Assembly: GCA_963845535.1 (NCBI GenBank)
Contig: CAWJSK010000013.1
Coordinates: 160,001 to 224,000, forward strand
Reading direction: 5' to 3'
DNA from: an uncultured Spirochaetota bacterium
Lineage (GTDB): Bacteria > Spirochaetota > Spirochaetia > SZUA-6 > Fen-1364
Length of the DNA stretch: 64,000 nt
In this document: positions 27,907 to 38,522 of the stretch, one piece after another
How the letters are laid out: each line of letters starts with the position of its first letter
Numbering within the stretch: the first letter of the stretch is position 1
Notes under the pieces: generated by a model
What the model saw: the letters and a program-made list of their open reading frames with translations, nothing else
Told to the model about the DNA's origin: nothing
Databases searched by the model: none
Translations under genes and position numbers: made by a program

Positions 27907-28323
27907 ATGGTTTTTGCCGGATCCTTTGGAAAAAACCTCGAGATCATGACTCGAGAGCTCGACGTTGCGGCGCTGCGCCAGAGCGTCATCGCCAACAACG
28001 TCGCCAACGCGGACACCCCGAACTTCAAGCGCAGCGTGGTGAACTTCGAGAGCCAGTTGCGGCGGGCGCTGGATTCCGAGAGGGCCCCCAGCTTTCCCCA
28101 GGTCATCACCGACCCGCGGGACATCCCTTTCGACCGGCCCATTGATTGGACGCAGGTGAAGCCGCGGCGCATCCTGGACTATCTCACGGAGGCAAAGAAC
28201 AACGGCAACAACGTGGATATCGAGGAAGAGGGCACCAACGCCCTGACCAACCAGCTTCTGTACAGCACCCTGACTCAGGCCGTGACAAGCGAGATCCAGG
28301 GCGTGAACATCGTGTTGAGGTAG
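27907..28323 (+). CDS. flgB: Flagellar rod protein FlgB
   Basis: IANNVANADTPNFK, NGNNVD. Confidence 0.95.
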   Translation: MVFAGSFGKNLEIMTRELDVAALRQSVIANNVANADTPNFKRSVVNFESQLRRALDSERAPSFPQVITDPRDIPFDRPIDWTQVKPRRILDYLTEAKNNGNNVDIEEEGTNALTNQLLYSTLTQAVTSEIQGVNIVLR

Positions 28324-28328
28324 CAGAG

Positions 28329-28787
28329 ATGGGAATGTTCAGCAGCATCGACACCGCGGCATCCGGGCTGACAGCCGAACGGCTGCGCCTGGACGTGATT
28401 GCGGACAACATCGCGAACGTCAACACCACACGGACCACGGAAGGCGGCCCCTTCCGCCGCAGCCGCGTGATCTTCCGCCCGCGCGTGGAGCAGCCTTACT
28501 GGCGCAGCCCGTTCCTGCCAAGCTACCTCAAGGACGAGGTGGGAAAAGGCGTCCGCGTCGCCAAGGTTGAAAAAGACTACGCCACCAATCCCCGGCTCGT
28601 GTACGACCCCACGCACCCGGACGCTATCAAGACCGGGCCACGCAAGGGATACGTGGAGTACCCCAACGTGAACATCGTGAACGAAATGGTGGACATGATT
28701 GCCGCCTCGCGCTCCTATGACGCGAACTCGGCCATCATCAATGCAACGAAGGCCATGTTCCTCAAGGCCCTCGACATAGGGAGATGA
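28329..28787 (+). CDS. flgC: Flagellar rod protein FlgC
   Basis: ASGLTAER, NIAN, YDPTHPDA, PNVN..EM...SRSYDAN. Confidence 0.96.
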   Translation: MGMFSSIDTAASGLTAERLRLDVIADNIANVNTTRTTEGGPFRRSRVIFRPRVEQPYWRSPFLPSYLKDEVGKGVRVAKVEKDYATNPRLVYDPTHPDAIKTGPRKGYVEYPNVNIVNEMVDMIAASRSYDANSAIINATKAMFLKALDIGR

Positions 28788-28790
28788 TGA

Positions 28791-29123
28791 ATGGGGCCAG
28801 TCAACCAGATTCAGGCTTACGGCGACGTCGTGAAGATGGTCCGCACGGACCCGCATCACATTGCCGGCGTCGGCGAGCAGGCCGCTCCTGCCGGCGGGCC
28901 GGAGCGCTCCTTCGGGGACCTCCTCCTGGGCGCGCTGGGAAGCGTCAACGACAGCCAGCGGAAGAGCATGGACCTCACGCAGCAGATGATCATGAGCCCG
29001 GACTCGGTGAACGTGCATGACGTGACCATCGCGCTGGCGGAGGCGAACCTCGCGCTCTCCATGACCAAGTCCATCGTGGACAGGGCCCTTGCGGCGTACA
29101 GAGAGATCATCAACGTACGGTAG
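28791..29123 (+). CDS. fliE: Hook-basal body protein FliE
   Basis: SFGDLL, VHDVTIA, AYREII. Confidence 0.92.
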   Translation: MGPVNQIQAYGDVVKMVRTDPHHIAGVGEQAAPAGGPERSFGDLLLGALGSVNDSQRKSMDLTQQMIMSPDSVNVHDVTIALAEANLALSMTKSIVDRALAAYREIINVR

Positions 29124-29170
29124 AAGAGACGGCTGAAGAGAAGGAACGAAGGGCATGACAGGGAGGGGAC

Positions 29171-30871
29171 ATGAACGAGTGGTGGAAGCGGATCCGTGAG
29201 CAGCTGACCGGGCTCTGGGCCCGGTGGAACTCAACCCAGAAGATCATCCTTTTCGCGATCCTCGGCGCGAGCATCCTGGCGGTCATCCTGCTGTTCAGCT
29301 TCAGCGCGACGCCGTCCATGGTGCCGCTCATATCCAGCCCGATCACCGACACGGACGCGCGGCTGCAGATTACGGCAAAGCTGGATGACCTGGGAATAAA
29401 ATACCAGCTTCGTCCGGACAACGTGTTTTACGTGGCTGACGAACCAACGGCGCGCCGCGTCAGGGTGATCCTCAACGAGGAGAACTTGATCCCCAAGGGC
29501 ACCGACCCGTGGGCCCTCTTCGACATGGAGCGTTGGACGACCACGGACTTCGAGCGGGACGTCAACCTCCAGCGCGCCATCACGAGGCAGCTGGAGCAGC
29601 ACATCCGGGCCCTGGACGACGTGGACAACGTGAGCGTCACGCTCGTGGTCCCCAAGACGGAGCTCTTCGAAGCTGACCAGAAGCCGACCACCGCGTCCGT
29701 GATCATCACTCCGAAACCGGGGTCGGACATCACGACCAACCGCAAGAAGATCATGGGCATACAGCGCCTCATATCCCTTGCGGTGGCGGGACTGAAGCCT
29801 GACAACATCGTCATTACCGACAACACCGGCCAGCAGATCAACGACTTCGCGGGGCTGGAGCAGGTGGACAGGCTGGAGCTTGCCAAGCGCGAGCTGCAGG
29901 TGAAGCAGCAGCTCGAGGCCAAGTACAACGGGGACATCACGGGCGCCCTTCGGGACATCTTCAGTCCGGACCGGGTGCGAATCCTCAAGATCGACATCAA
30001 GCTCGACATGAGCAAGGTGTCCTCCACGGCGGAGGAGTACTCCCCCATTGCCGTAGAGCCTGCCACCCGGTTCACGCCGCCCAAGTATGCGCCTTCCATT
30101 GCGCGCTCGACGCAGACCGTGGAGGAGCATTTCCAAGGCACCGGGTTCAACCCCGAAGGGCCTCCTGGCCAGGAAGGGCAGACGCCGCCGGCGTACAAGG
30201 ATCTCTCCAACCTCGTGGGCAAGTACGACAAGAGCTCGCAGACCACCAATAACGAGATCAACAAGAAAGTCACCAACGAGGAAAAACAACCGTGGGAAAT
30301 CCAGAGGATCACCACGGGAGTGGCCATTGACGGCATTTGGAGGGTAAAATACGACCAGAAGGGTCAGGTGATGCTCAACCCCGACGGCAGCATGCAGAGG
30401 GAGTACACCCCCGTATCGGATGACGACCTGGCAAAGGCCAAGGCGCTCATCCAGGGCGCCATTGGATTCGACCGGGACCGCGGAGACGACGTGGAGGTGC
30501 AGTCCATCCAGTTCGACCGCAGCGCCCAGTTCGAGAAGGAAGACTCCGTGTTCCGCCATGCCATGGCGGTCCGCAGGACCATCTACATGGTCTTGATTGG
30601 AATCGGGGCCGTGCTCTTCCTCGTGATCGCCTACCGCCTCATTGCCAAGGAAGTGGAGCGGCGCAGGCGGCTGCGGGAGGAGGAGCTTGCCCGACAGCAC
30701 CAGGCCATGCGTGAGGCGGCGCTGCGCACGGCGGAGGAGCACGGCGTGGAGGTTGAGCTTTCCGTGGAGGACAGGGCGCGCATGGAGATGCAGGAGAACG
30801 CCGTCAACATGGCTCGAGAGCATCCCGAGGACGTGGCGCAGCTCATTCGGACCTGGCTCGTGGAGGAGTAG
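29171..30871 (+). CDS. fliF: MS-ring protein FliF
   Basis: Two TMs, TASV, RGD.V.V, C-terminal PEDVAQLIRTWL. Confidence 0.95.
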   Translation: MNEWWKRIREQLTGLWARWNSTQKIILFAILGASILAVILLFSFSATPSMVPLISSPITDTDARLQITAKLDDLGIKYQLRPDNVFYVADEPTARRVRVILNEENLIPKGTDPWALFDMERWTTTDFERDVNLQRAITRQLEQHIRALDDVDNVSVTLVVPKTELFEADQKPTTASVIITPKPGSDITTNRKKIMGIQRLISLAVAGLKPDNIVITDNTGQQINDFAGLEQVDRLELAKRELQVKQQLEAKYNGDITGALRDIFSPDRVRILKIDIKLDMSKVSSTAEEYSPIAVEPATRFTPPKYAPSIARSTQTVEEHFQGTGFNPEGPPGQEGQTPPAYKDLSNLVGKYDKSSQTTNNEINKKVTNEEKQPWEIQRITTGVAIDGIWRVKYDQKGQVMLNPDGSMQREYTPVSDDDLAKAKALIQGAIGFDRDRGDDVEVQSIQFDRSAQFEKEDSVFRHAMAVRRTIYMVLIGIGAVLFLVIAYRLIAKEVERRRRLREEELARQHQAMREAALRTAEEHGVEVELSVEDRARMEMQENAVNMAREHPEDVAQLIRTWLVEE

Positions 30872-30873
30872 GG

Positions 30874-31989
30874 ATGGCAAAGCAGCTCAGACCGGCCGCG
30901 CCTCCGCGCGAAAGGCCGGATGCCCAGGCAACCGTCGGCGCCCAGGCGCAGACGAAGAGAGAGAGCCCCAAAGGGGCCGGGGCGCATAAGAAGAACCTCA
31001 CCGGACGGCAGAAAGCCGCGGTGTTCCTCGTCACGCTGGGATCGGAGATCGCTTCAGAGATCTTCAAGCACCTGCGGGAAGACGAGATCGAGCAGCTCAC
31101 CTTCGAGATTGCCCGGCTGGAGAGCATAGAACCGCAGGAGCGGGACCTCGTCCTGATGGAGTTCCACGAGCTGATGATGGCCCAGGAGTTCATCTCCACG
31201 GGCGGCATCGACTATGCCCGCGAGCTGCTGGAAAAATCCCTCGGCACGCAGAAGGCCGTGGACATCATCAACAGGCTCACAAGCTCCCTGCAGGTGAGGC
31301 CGTTCGACTTCATCCGCCGCACGGATCCGGCGCACCTGCTCAATTTCATCCAGCAGGAGCACCCGCAGACCATCGCCCTGATCCTGGCGTACCTCGAGCC
31401 GCAGAAGGCTTCCATCATCCTGGGAAGCCTTCCGCATGAGATCCAGTCCGACGTGGCAAAGCGGATAGCCACCATGGACCGCACCTCCCCCGAGGTGCTT
31501 CGGGAAGTGGAGCGGGTCCTGGAAAAGAAGCTTTCCACCCTCTCCTCGGAGGACTACACCGCCGCGGGCGGCGTGGAGAGCATTGTCGAGATCCTGAACA
31601 TGGTGGACCGTTCCACGGAAAAGACCATCGTGGAAAGCCTGGAAGAGGACGACCCGGAGCTTGCGGAAGAGATCAAGAAGCGCATGTTCGTGTTCGAGGA
31701 CATCGTCCTCCTGGACGACCGCGCCATCCAGAAGGTGCTCCGAGAGGTGGATACGGCGGAGCTGGCCAAGGCGCTCAAGAGCGTGGACTCCGAGGTGCAG
31801 GACAAGATCTACCGCAACATGTCCAAGCGCGCCTCCACGCTGCTGAAAGAGGACATGGACTACATGGGGCCCATCCGGTTGAAGGACGTGGAGGAGGCCC
31901 AGCAGAGGATCGTCGCCATCATCCGCAAGCTGGAGGAGCAGGGCGAGATCGTGGTTGCCCGGGCCGGCGAAGAGGAGCTCGTTGTCTGA
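30874..31989 (+). CDS. fliG: Motor switch protein FliG
   Basis: KAAVFL, GGIDYA, EHPQT, MFVFED, NMSKRA. Confidence 0.97.
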   Translation: MAKQLRPAAPPRERPDAQATVGAQAQTKRESPKGAGAHKKNLTGRQKAAVFLVTLGSEIASEIFKHLREDEIEQLTFEIARLESIEPQERDLVLMEFHELMMAQEFISTGGIDYARELLEKSLGTQKAVDIINRLTSSLQVRPFDFIRRTDPAHLLNFIQQEHPQTIALILAYLEPQKASIILGSLPHEIQSDVAKRIATMDRTSPEVLREVERVLEKKLSTLSSEDYTAAGGVESIVEILNMVDRSTEKTIVESLEEDDPELAEEIKKRMFVFEDIVLLDDRAIQKVLREVDTAELAKALKSVDSEVQDKIYRNMSKRASTLLKEDMDYMGPIRLKDVEEAQQRIVAIIRKLEEQGEIVVARAGEEELVV

Positions 31990-32912
31990 TGGCAAAGAAC
32001 GTTTTCAAGCCGGCAGAGATCATGTACCTCTCCCGCAAGGTCTTCATCGAGCCGCCCAGGATCGTGACGGAACAGCCCGTGGAAGAAGTGGCGCCGGCTG
32101 AGGAGGCCCGGGGAGGGGAGTACACCGGACCCAGCGTCGATGACCTTCGCCGGGAGGCGGAGCTGTTCCGCAAGGACTGGGAAGCGGAGAAGGAGCGCAT
32201 GCTCGCCCAGGCCCAGACCGAGGCTGAGAAGATCAAGAAAGAGGCGGAAAAGGTCGCCTTCGACGAGGTCAAGCGCAAGAACAACCAGGCCCAGAAGATC
32301 CGCCAGGATGCGGAAGACCAGGCCCAGGTCATCCTTGCAGAGGCCAAGGCCAAGGCCGCGGACTTGGAGAGCGAGATCAAGGCGCGGGTGACGCAGACGG
32401 AGCGCGAAGCCTACGAGAAAGGGTACGCGGAAGGCCATGGGAAAGGATATGACGAAGGCAAGGCCGAGGTGGCCCGGCTCGTTGAGAGCCTTCATACCAT
32501 CATCACGAAGGCCATCGAGAAGCGTAATGAGATCATCGAAGAGGCGGAGACCCAGATCATCAACCTGGTCCTCCTGATCGTCAAGAAGGTCATCAAGGTC
32601 ATTTCCGAGAACCAGAAGAACGTGGTGATCAACAACGTGGTCCAGGCTCTGCGGAAGCTCAAGAGCCGCGGGGACGTCGTGATCCGCGTCAACCTGGCGG
32701 ACCTCGAGCTGACCTCGGAGCACGTGAAGGATTTCATGAAGATGGTGGAAAACGTCAAGAGCATCACCGTGCTGGAGGACTCCTCCGTGGACAAGGGCGG
32801 CTGCATCATCGAGACGGACTTCGGCCAGATCGATGCGCGCATCTCCTCCCAGCTCCACGAGATCGAGGAGCGCATCCTCGAGCTCATGCCCATCCGCTCC
32901 AAGGGCGAGTAG
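31989..32912 (+). CDS. fliH: Flagellar assembly protein FliH
   Basis: GxxxG repeats (GYAEGHGKGYDEG), GGCIIET. Confidence 0.93.
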   Translation: MAKNVFKPAEIMYLSRKVFIEPPRIVTEQPVEEVAPAEEARGGEYTGPSVDDLRREAELFRKDWEAEKERMLAQAQTEAEKIKKEAEKVAFDEVKRKNNQAQKIRQDAEDQAQVILAEAKAKAADLESEIKARVTQTEREAYEKGYAEGHGKGYDEGKAEVARLVESLHTIITKAIEKRNEIIEEAETQIINLVLLIVKKVIKVISENQKNVVINNVVQALRKLKSRGDVVIRVNLADLELTSEHVKDFMKMVENVKSITVLEDSSVDKGGCIIETDFGQIDARISSQLHEIEERILELMPIRSKGE

Positions 32913-32921
32913 GAGGGCGGG

Positions 32922-34340
32922 ATGGGAGTCTTCGACAAGTACACGGCGCGTCTGGAGGACCTGGACCCCATCAAGTTCACCGGGGCGGTGGAGAGGGTGC
33001 AGGGTCTCCTCGTGGAGAGCCTGGGACCGGCCGCGCAGGTGGGAGAGCTGTGCCAGATCCTCGTGCCCCGCGGCAGGGGCGTCGTCTGGGCGGAGGTGGT
33101 GGGGCTGCGGGGAAAGACCGTCCAGCTCATGCCGTACGACGAGATGGAGGGGATCGAGATCGGCAACATGGTGATCGGCATGGGGGAAGCGCTCCGCGTG
33201 CCGGTCTCCGGGAAGCTTCTCGGCAGGACGCTGGACTCCATGGGGAAAGCCATCGACGGCAAGGGAGACATCGGCTCGGATGAATGGTATCCGGCGTTCA
33301 ATTCCCCACCCGACGTCCTGAAAAGACGACGCATCCGTGACGTCATCACCACCGGCATCCGCTCGGTTGATGGTTTGCTGACCGTCGGCAAAGGACAGCG
33401 CATGGGGATCTTCGCGGGAAGCGGCATTGGCAAGTCGACGATCCTCGGCATGATCGCCCGCAATACCTCCGCGGACGTGAACGTCATAGCTTTGATCGGA
33501 GAACGCGGCCGCGAGGTGCGCGAGTTCATAGAGAACGACCTGGGCCCTGAGGGGCTCGCCCGGTCGGTGATCGTGGTTTCCTCCTCCAACAAACCGCCGC
33601 TTGCGAGGATCCGCGGCGCGTACGTCGCCACGGCCATCGCGGAGTATTTCCGCGACACGGGCAAGGACGTGATGTTGCTGTTCGACTCGGTAACCCGATT
33701 CGCTCGGGCGCAGCGGGAGATCGGCCTGGCCATCGGCGAGCCTCCCGCCAACCGCGGTTTCACGCCGTCCGTCTTCTCCCTCCTGCCCAAGCTGCTGGAG
33801 AGAAGCGGCACCTCGGACAAGGGAAGCATCACGGGTTTCTACACCATCCTGGTGGAAGGGGACGACATCGATGACCCCGTCTCCGACAATGTCCGCGGAA
33901 TTCTCGACGGCCACATTGTCCTGACGCGAAAGCTTGCCAGCAGGAACCACTATCCGGCCGTCGACGTCCTGCAATCCATTTCCCGTCTTGCCGTTCAGAT
34001 CACAGGGCCGCGGACGCGGGAGGCCACCGGGTACATCAAGAGGTTGATGGCAACGTACGCCAACGCGGAAGACCTGATCAGCGTGGGCGCATACGTCAAA
34101 GGCAGCAACCCGGAAATCGATGAATCCATTGAGAAGATGCCCGCCATCGACGAGTTTCTCCGGCAGCGCATCGAGGAAAGGGTGTCGCTCTCGGAGACGC
34201 TGAAGCAGGCCGGGGAGATAGCGGGGATCGAGATCCCCGCCGCGGAGCTTGCGGGTACCATGGGCAGCGGCGTCACCACGAGAGCAGCTGAGCCGGCCGC
34301 GGCACGAGCAGGGAATGAGGCGGTTCCAGTTCAGGCTTGA
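32922..34340 (+). CDS. fliI: Flagellar export ATPase FliI
   Basis: GSGIGKST, GERGRE, DSVTR, ILDGH. Confidence 0.96.
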   Translation: MGVFDKYTARLEDLDPIKFTGAVERVQGLLVESLGPAAQVGELCQILVPRGRGVVWAEVVGLRGKTVQLMPYDEMEGIEIGNMVIGMGEALRVPVSGKLLGRTLDSMGKAIDGKGDIGSDEWYPAFNSPPDVLKRRRIRDVITTGIRSVDGLLTVGKGQRMGIFAGSGIGKSTILGMIARNTSADVNVIALIGERGREVREFIENDLGPEGLARSVIVVSSSNKPPLARIRGAYVATAIAEYFRDTGKDVMLLFDSVTRFARAQREIGLAIGEPPANRGFTPSVFSLLPKLLERSGTSDKGSITGFYTILVEGDDIDDPVSDNVRGILDGHIVLTRKLASRNHYPAVDVLQSISRLAVQITGPRTREATGYIKRLMATYANAEDLISVGAYVKGSNPEIDESIEKMPAIDEFLRQRIEERVSLSETLKQAGEIAGIEIPAAELAGTMGSGVTTRAAEPAAARAGNEAVPVQA

Positions 34341-34755
34341 GCGCTTCCTGGAGCTCAGACGCTGGAAGGAGCGCGAGTGGGAGCTGGCCCTGGCGAAAAA
34401 GCTCGGGGAATGCCTCCTGCTGGAAAGGCGGATCGCCGAGATAGCGGCGGAAGTCTCCGCGAGCTTCCTTTCAGAGTTCCGCACGGGAAGCGCCATCGAC
34501 ATCGACTCCATGATGCGTCGGGAGCTGTACGTTCAGAGGCTTGTTCGGGAGAGAGAGCGCACCCAGGAGACGCTGGCGCAGAAGCGGACCGAGCTGGAGG
34601 AGGTGCGGGCCGGATACCGGGAGGCCGCCAAGGCCCGCAAGGTGCTGGATAAGCTGAAAGATCGCCAGGCTGCCGCTTCGCATGACCGGCAGATTGACGA
34701 AGAGTTCAAGTCCATTGATGAGATAAACACGGCTGCGGCGACGCGAAGGACCTGA
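34315..34755 (+). CDS. fliJ: Flagellar export chaperone FliJ
   Basis: MRRFQFRLERFLELR, coiled coil, IDE at C-terminus; follows fliI. Confidence 0.88.
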   Translation: MRRFQFRLERFLELRRWKEREWELALAKKLGECLLLERRIAEIAAEVSASFLSEFRTGSAIDIDSMMRRELYVQRLVRERERTQETLAQKRTELEEVRAGYREAAKARKVLDKLKDRQAAASHDRQIDEEFKSIDEINTAAATRRT

Positions 34756-34767
34756 TAAGGAGCGCCC

Positions 34768-35391
34768 ATGGCAGAGTTCAGTGAAGTTCGGCCGGGTTCA
34801 CGGATCTTCATCCTCTTCCTCCTTCTCATCGTCCTCACTCTCGGTGGGCTGATCTGGTTCGACTACCTGGGGATCATCGACGCAAAGTCCGTGCTCTCCC
34901 CGGTCTACCAGGCCCTCGGCGTCCAGCGGCGCAGCGCCGTGGCGAGCGCGGATGATCCGAACCTCCTGGACAAGGAGCGCCTTGCCAAGCAGGCGGAGGC
35001 TCTTGTCCTCCGTCAGCAGGACCTGGACACCACGGCGGCAGACCTCTCCCGCAAGGAGAAGGAGCTCGACCAGCTTGGGCAGGACCTGAACGACAAGGAA
35101 GCCGCTCTCAGCGCCCGGGAAAAAGCATTTAATGACCGGGTAAAAGCGTTCGAGAATAGAAGAGTCAACCTCGAGCAGAACGCGAGGTACCTGACCAGCA
35201 TGCCGCCAACGAACGCGCGCGACATACTGATGAAGATGGAAGATCAGGACGTGATCGACATCTTCCGAATTGTGGACGCGCAGGCGCAGGCGAGCGGTCA
35301 GGATTCCCTGGTGCCCTACTGGCTGTCAATCATGCCGGCCGACAGGGCAGCCACCTTGCAGCGCAAGATGGCCAGGAACACGGGAGGTTAG
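34768..35391 (+). CDS. flbB: Periplasmic flagellar collar protein FlbB-like
   Basis: TM (WFDYLG), coiled coil, MgtE_N-like C-terminus; lies between fliJ and fliK as in spirochaetes. Confidence 0.75.
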   Translation: MAEFSEVRPGSRIFILFLLLIVLTLGGLIWFDYLGIIDAKSVLSPVYQALGVQRRSAVASADDPNLLDKERLAKQAEALVLRQQDLDTTAADLSRKEKELDQLGQDLNDKEAALSAREKAFNDRVKAFENRRVNLEQNARYLTSMPPTNARDILMKMEDQDVIDIFRIVDAQAQASGQDSLVPYWLSIMPADRAATLQRKMARNTGG

Positions 35392-35393
35392 GA

Positions 35394-36617
35394 GTGCAGG
35401 GAGCAGCGCCGGCGGCGCTCATCAGCAAGAACGCGAATCCCGCAAAGACGTCCGGCAAACACGGCGTCCAGGCGCACGCAAAAACTGCATTCCAGGCCAT
35501 CCTCGGCTCAAAAGCGGCCGCCATGAAGAAAGGCGGGTTGAACGACACCGCAGCCACCAAGGCAGCGGCCGCCACGGCAGTATCTGCCAAGGCAGCGGTC
35601 GCCAAGGCCGCAGCCGCCAAAACGTCCCTGCTGAAAGCTTTGGCCAAAAACGCGGCATCGGAGTCAGCCAAGACCCATGCGGACGGAATGGCCGCGGCCT
35701 TGGCAAAGAAAACCGCCGCAGCCGGCCTTGGGAAACAGCACATTCTGGAGGGCCTGCCCCTCGCTCAACACCTTGCCGCCGCGAATGCGGCTTCCCAAGC
35801 CGAGGACCAGAAGAAGAAAACGGCAAAAACCCAGCATCATACGGACGAAATGGCACAGGCCGTCTCTTTGACTGCGAGCTCCCAGCCGGGCATCAAGAAC
35901 ATGCCGAAACCGGAGCCTGCAAAGGCCCCGGCAACCGGGCAGGCAGCGGCAATCCATGCGGCTCCGCCCCACAAGACCCCCGAGCTCCGCGTCCACGTCG
36001 TTGACGCCAGGAAAAAGCACTCCGACCAGCGCGCTGATGATGCTTCAGCGGACCTGAAGGCGCTGAAGATCGCCGCCACGGAAAAGGACGCTGCCAACCC
36101 CGTGGTCGTGGTCAAGGATCCCCCCGCTCCCGACAGCGGACCGCGTGAGGCGCACAGGCAGGCCCCGGCGCCGCAGGCCTCCTTTGAGGGCGCCATCCAA
36201 CATCTTCGAGAAATGGCGGGGTCCGAGCTGACGCGAGCCGCGGGCATCATCATCCGCGACGGCGGAGGTGAGATAAAGCTCACCCTGAAACCGGAGTCCC
36301 TCGGAAGTGTTCGCATTCGCATGAATCTTGTCGATAATGCCATTGAAGGACGGATCATCGTGGACAACGCCGCGGTGAAGCACGCCTTCGAAGGGAGCCT
36401 GGATTCCCTCATGAGGGCGCTGACCGCCGAGGGGTTCCAGACAGCGTCCCTGCAGGTTTCCGTGGGCGGGCAGAACGCGGGTGGCGGCAGGCCCGACAAG
36501 GAGCCCCTGCCGCGCTCGCAGCGCGTCGAGCCTCTGCGGGCCGTGGCGGGGGATTGGAACGTGCCCGGGGTGGAGAACCTCAGCATGGGTGATCTCCTGG
36601 TGAACCTGTTCGTATAG
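35394..36617 (+). CDS. fliK: Hook-length control protein FliK
   Basis: C-terminal LKPESLGSVRI...L.AEGF domain, low-complexity N-terminus, upstream of flgD. Confidence 0.88.
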   Translation: MQGAAPAALISKNANPAKTSGKHGVQAHAKTAFQAILGSKAAAMKKGGLNDTAATKAAAATAVSAKAAVAKAAAAKTSLLKALAKNAASESAKTHADGMAAALAKKTAAAGLGKQHILEGLPLAQHLAAANAASQAEDQKKKTAKTQHHTDEMAQAVSLTASSQPGIKNMPKPEPAKAPATGQAAAIHAAPPHKTPELRVHVVDARKKHSDQRADDASADLKALKIAATEKDAANPVVVVKDPPAPDSGPREAHRQAPAPQASFEGAIQHLREMAGSELTRAAGIIIRDGGGEIKLTLKPESLGSVRIRMNLVDNAIEGRIIVDNAAVKHAFEGSLDSLMRALTAEGFQTASLQVSVGGQNAGGGRPDKEPLPRSQRVEPLRAVAGDWNVPGVENLSMGDLLVNLFV

Positions 36618-36626
36618 GAGGAGCAG

Positions 36627-37082
36627 ATGGATCTGAACCTGACGATGTCCGCGCCGGACATGCTCAAGCTCAACCGCGACGTGGACGCCTTCAACAAGTC
36701 GATCTCCAGCTCGCCGGCGAAAAAGCCCAATGAGGGCATGGACCGCAACGATTTCCTGAAGATCCTCATCACGCAGCTCAGTCACCAGGACCCCACGCAG
36801 CCCGTGGAGGACAAGGAGTTCATCGCGCAGATGGCGCAGTTCTCCAGCCTCGAGCAGATCACGAACATGAACGAAGGCCTCTCGAAGGTGGCGGACCTCG
36901 TGTCGCGCAGCCAGGCCCTCAACGTCCTCGGGAGCTCGGTGGACATTGCGGACGGGGAAGCAAAGGTATCAGGCGTCGTGGACGCGGTGACGACCGGGGA
37001 TTTCCCGCAGGTCCTTGTCAACGGAAAATATTACGATTTCTCCCAGGTCCAGAAGATCAAGAGAGCAGCGATTGAGGAGTAA
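36627..37082 (+). CDS. flgD: Hook capping protein FlgD
   Basis: FLKILITQLSHQDP, AQMAQFSSLEQ. Confidence 0.95.
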   Translation: MDLNLTMSAPDMLKLNRDVDAFNKSISSSPAKKPNEGMDRNDFLKILITQLSHQDPTQPVEDKEFIAQMAQFSSLEQITNMNEGLSKVADLVSRSQALNVLGSSVDIADGEAKVSGVVDAVTTGDFPQVLVNGKYYDFSQVQKIKRAAIEE

Positions 37083-37088
37083 CAGCAT

Positions 37089-38477
37089 ATGATGCGGTCC
37101 CTTTGGTCCGGCGTATCGGGTCTGGAGAATCACCAGACGCGGATGGACGTGCTTGGCAACAACATTGCCAACGTGAACACCAACGGCTTCAAGAAGGGCC
37201 GCGTGACGTTCCAGGACATGCTCTCCCAGACGCTCTCCGGCGCGGCGAAGCCCACGGACCAGGTGGGCGGCGTCAACCCGCAGCAGGTCGGCCTGGGCAT
37301 GATGGTCGCCACCATAGACACCATCCACACGCAGGGCTCCCTGCAGTCCACGGGCGTGATGACGGACGTGGCCATCCAGGGCAACGGGTTCTTCGTGCTG
37401 AAGGACGGGAACAAGCAGTACTACACCCGAGACGGGGCCTTCGCTCTGGACCAGAACGGCACGCTGGTGAACCCGGCAAACGGCAGGCGCGTGCAGGGTT
37501 GGATGGCGCAGACCGTGGGCGGCCAGACTTTCGTGAACAACGCCGCGGACCTGCAGGACCTGCAGATTCCCGTGGGCAGCAAGGACCCCGCGCGGGCAAC
37601 GGCGAACGTCTTCTTTGCCAGCAACCTGGACAAGCGGACTCCCGAGATCCCCGCTGGCGCAACCGCCCAGACCATCCAGGAAGGGACCTGGCAGACGAGC
37701 TTCGACATCTATGATTCCTTTGGCCGCGTCCACAAGCTGCAGGTCAACTTCACGAAGGTGCCGGGCGTCGCAAACCGATGGCAGGGACAGGTCCAGGTGG
37801 ACCCCGCCGCCACGGCTACCACCAACCCGCGCGTTCAGATCGGCAACGGAGCGGCCGCGGGGAATACGTTCTTGATCGACTTCGACAACTACGGCGCGCT
37901 CGCGGACGTGCGTGACGCGGCGGGGAACATCATCAACTCGGGCCAGCTCCAGGCTCAGGCGTCCTACGACGTTCCTGATGCCACACTGCCGCCCGGGCAG
38001 GCCACCGTGCGCCAGACGTTCAACCTCAACCTCGGCCAGGTGGGCGCCTACCGGGATGCAATCACGCAGTTCGGGGACACCAGCTCAACGAAAGCCGTCC
38101 GACAGGACGGGTACACCATGGGATACCTGGAGAGCTTCAAGATCGACCAGTCCGGCGTCATCACGGGCGTCTACACCAACGGCTCCAACAGGGTGATCGG
38201 ACAGATCGGCCTTGCCAGCTTCACCAATCCCGGCGGCCTCGAGAAGGACGGAGAGAACACCTACGTGGTCTCCAACAACTCAGGCGAGCCGAACGTCGGC
38301 CCTTCCGGGTCCGCGGGCAAGGGAAAGATCATTGCGGGGACGCTGGAAATGTCGAACGTCGACCTCGCGGAACAGTTCACTGACATGATCGTGACGGAGA
38401 GAGGCTTCCAGGCGAACTCCCGGACCATTACGACCTCGGATCAGATGCTCCAGGAGCTTCTGACCCTGAAGAGGTAA
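37089..38477 (+). CDS. flgE: Flagellar hook protein FlgE
   Basis: [34 protein letters not shown]. Confidence 0.97.
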   Translation: MMRSLWSGVSGLENHQTRMDVLGNNIANVNTNGFKKGRVTFQDMLSQTLSGAAKPTDQVGGVNPQQVGLGMMVATIDTIHTQGSLQSTGVMTDVAIQGNGFFVLKDGNKQYYTRDGAFALDQNGTLVNPANGRRVQGWMAQTVGGQTFVNNAADLQDLQIPVGSKDPARATANVFFASNLDKRTPEIPAGATAQTIQEGTWQTSFDIYDSFGRVHKLQVNFTKVPGVANRWQGQVQVDPAATATTNPRVQIGNGAAAGNTFLIDFDNYGALADVRDAAGNIINSGQLQAQASYDVPDATLPPGQATVRQTFNLNLGQVGAYRDAITQFGDTSSTKAVRQDGYTMGYLESFKIDQSGVITGVYTNGSNRVIGQIGLASFTNPGGLEKDGENTYVVSNNSGEPNVGPSGSAGKGKIIAGTLEMSNVDLAEQFTDMIVTERGFQANSRTITTSDQMLQELLTLKR

Positions 38478-38522
38478 GGGAGAGACCATGAGAATCCTCT
38501 CCCCGACGTAGAGAGGACATGA

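Noticed and set aside
31860..34511. 883-aa minus ORF and similar long antisense ORFs (e.g. 3248-4927, 23295-24962, 29231-30880, 54945-56666)
   Set aside because: Expected shadows of high-GC coding strands opposite well-supported genes.
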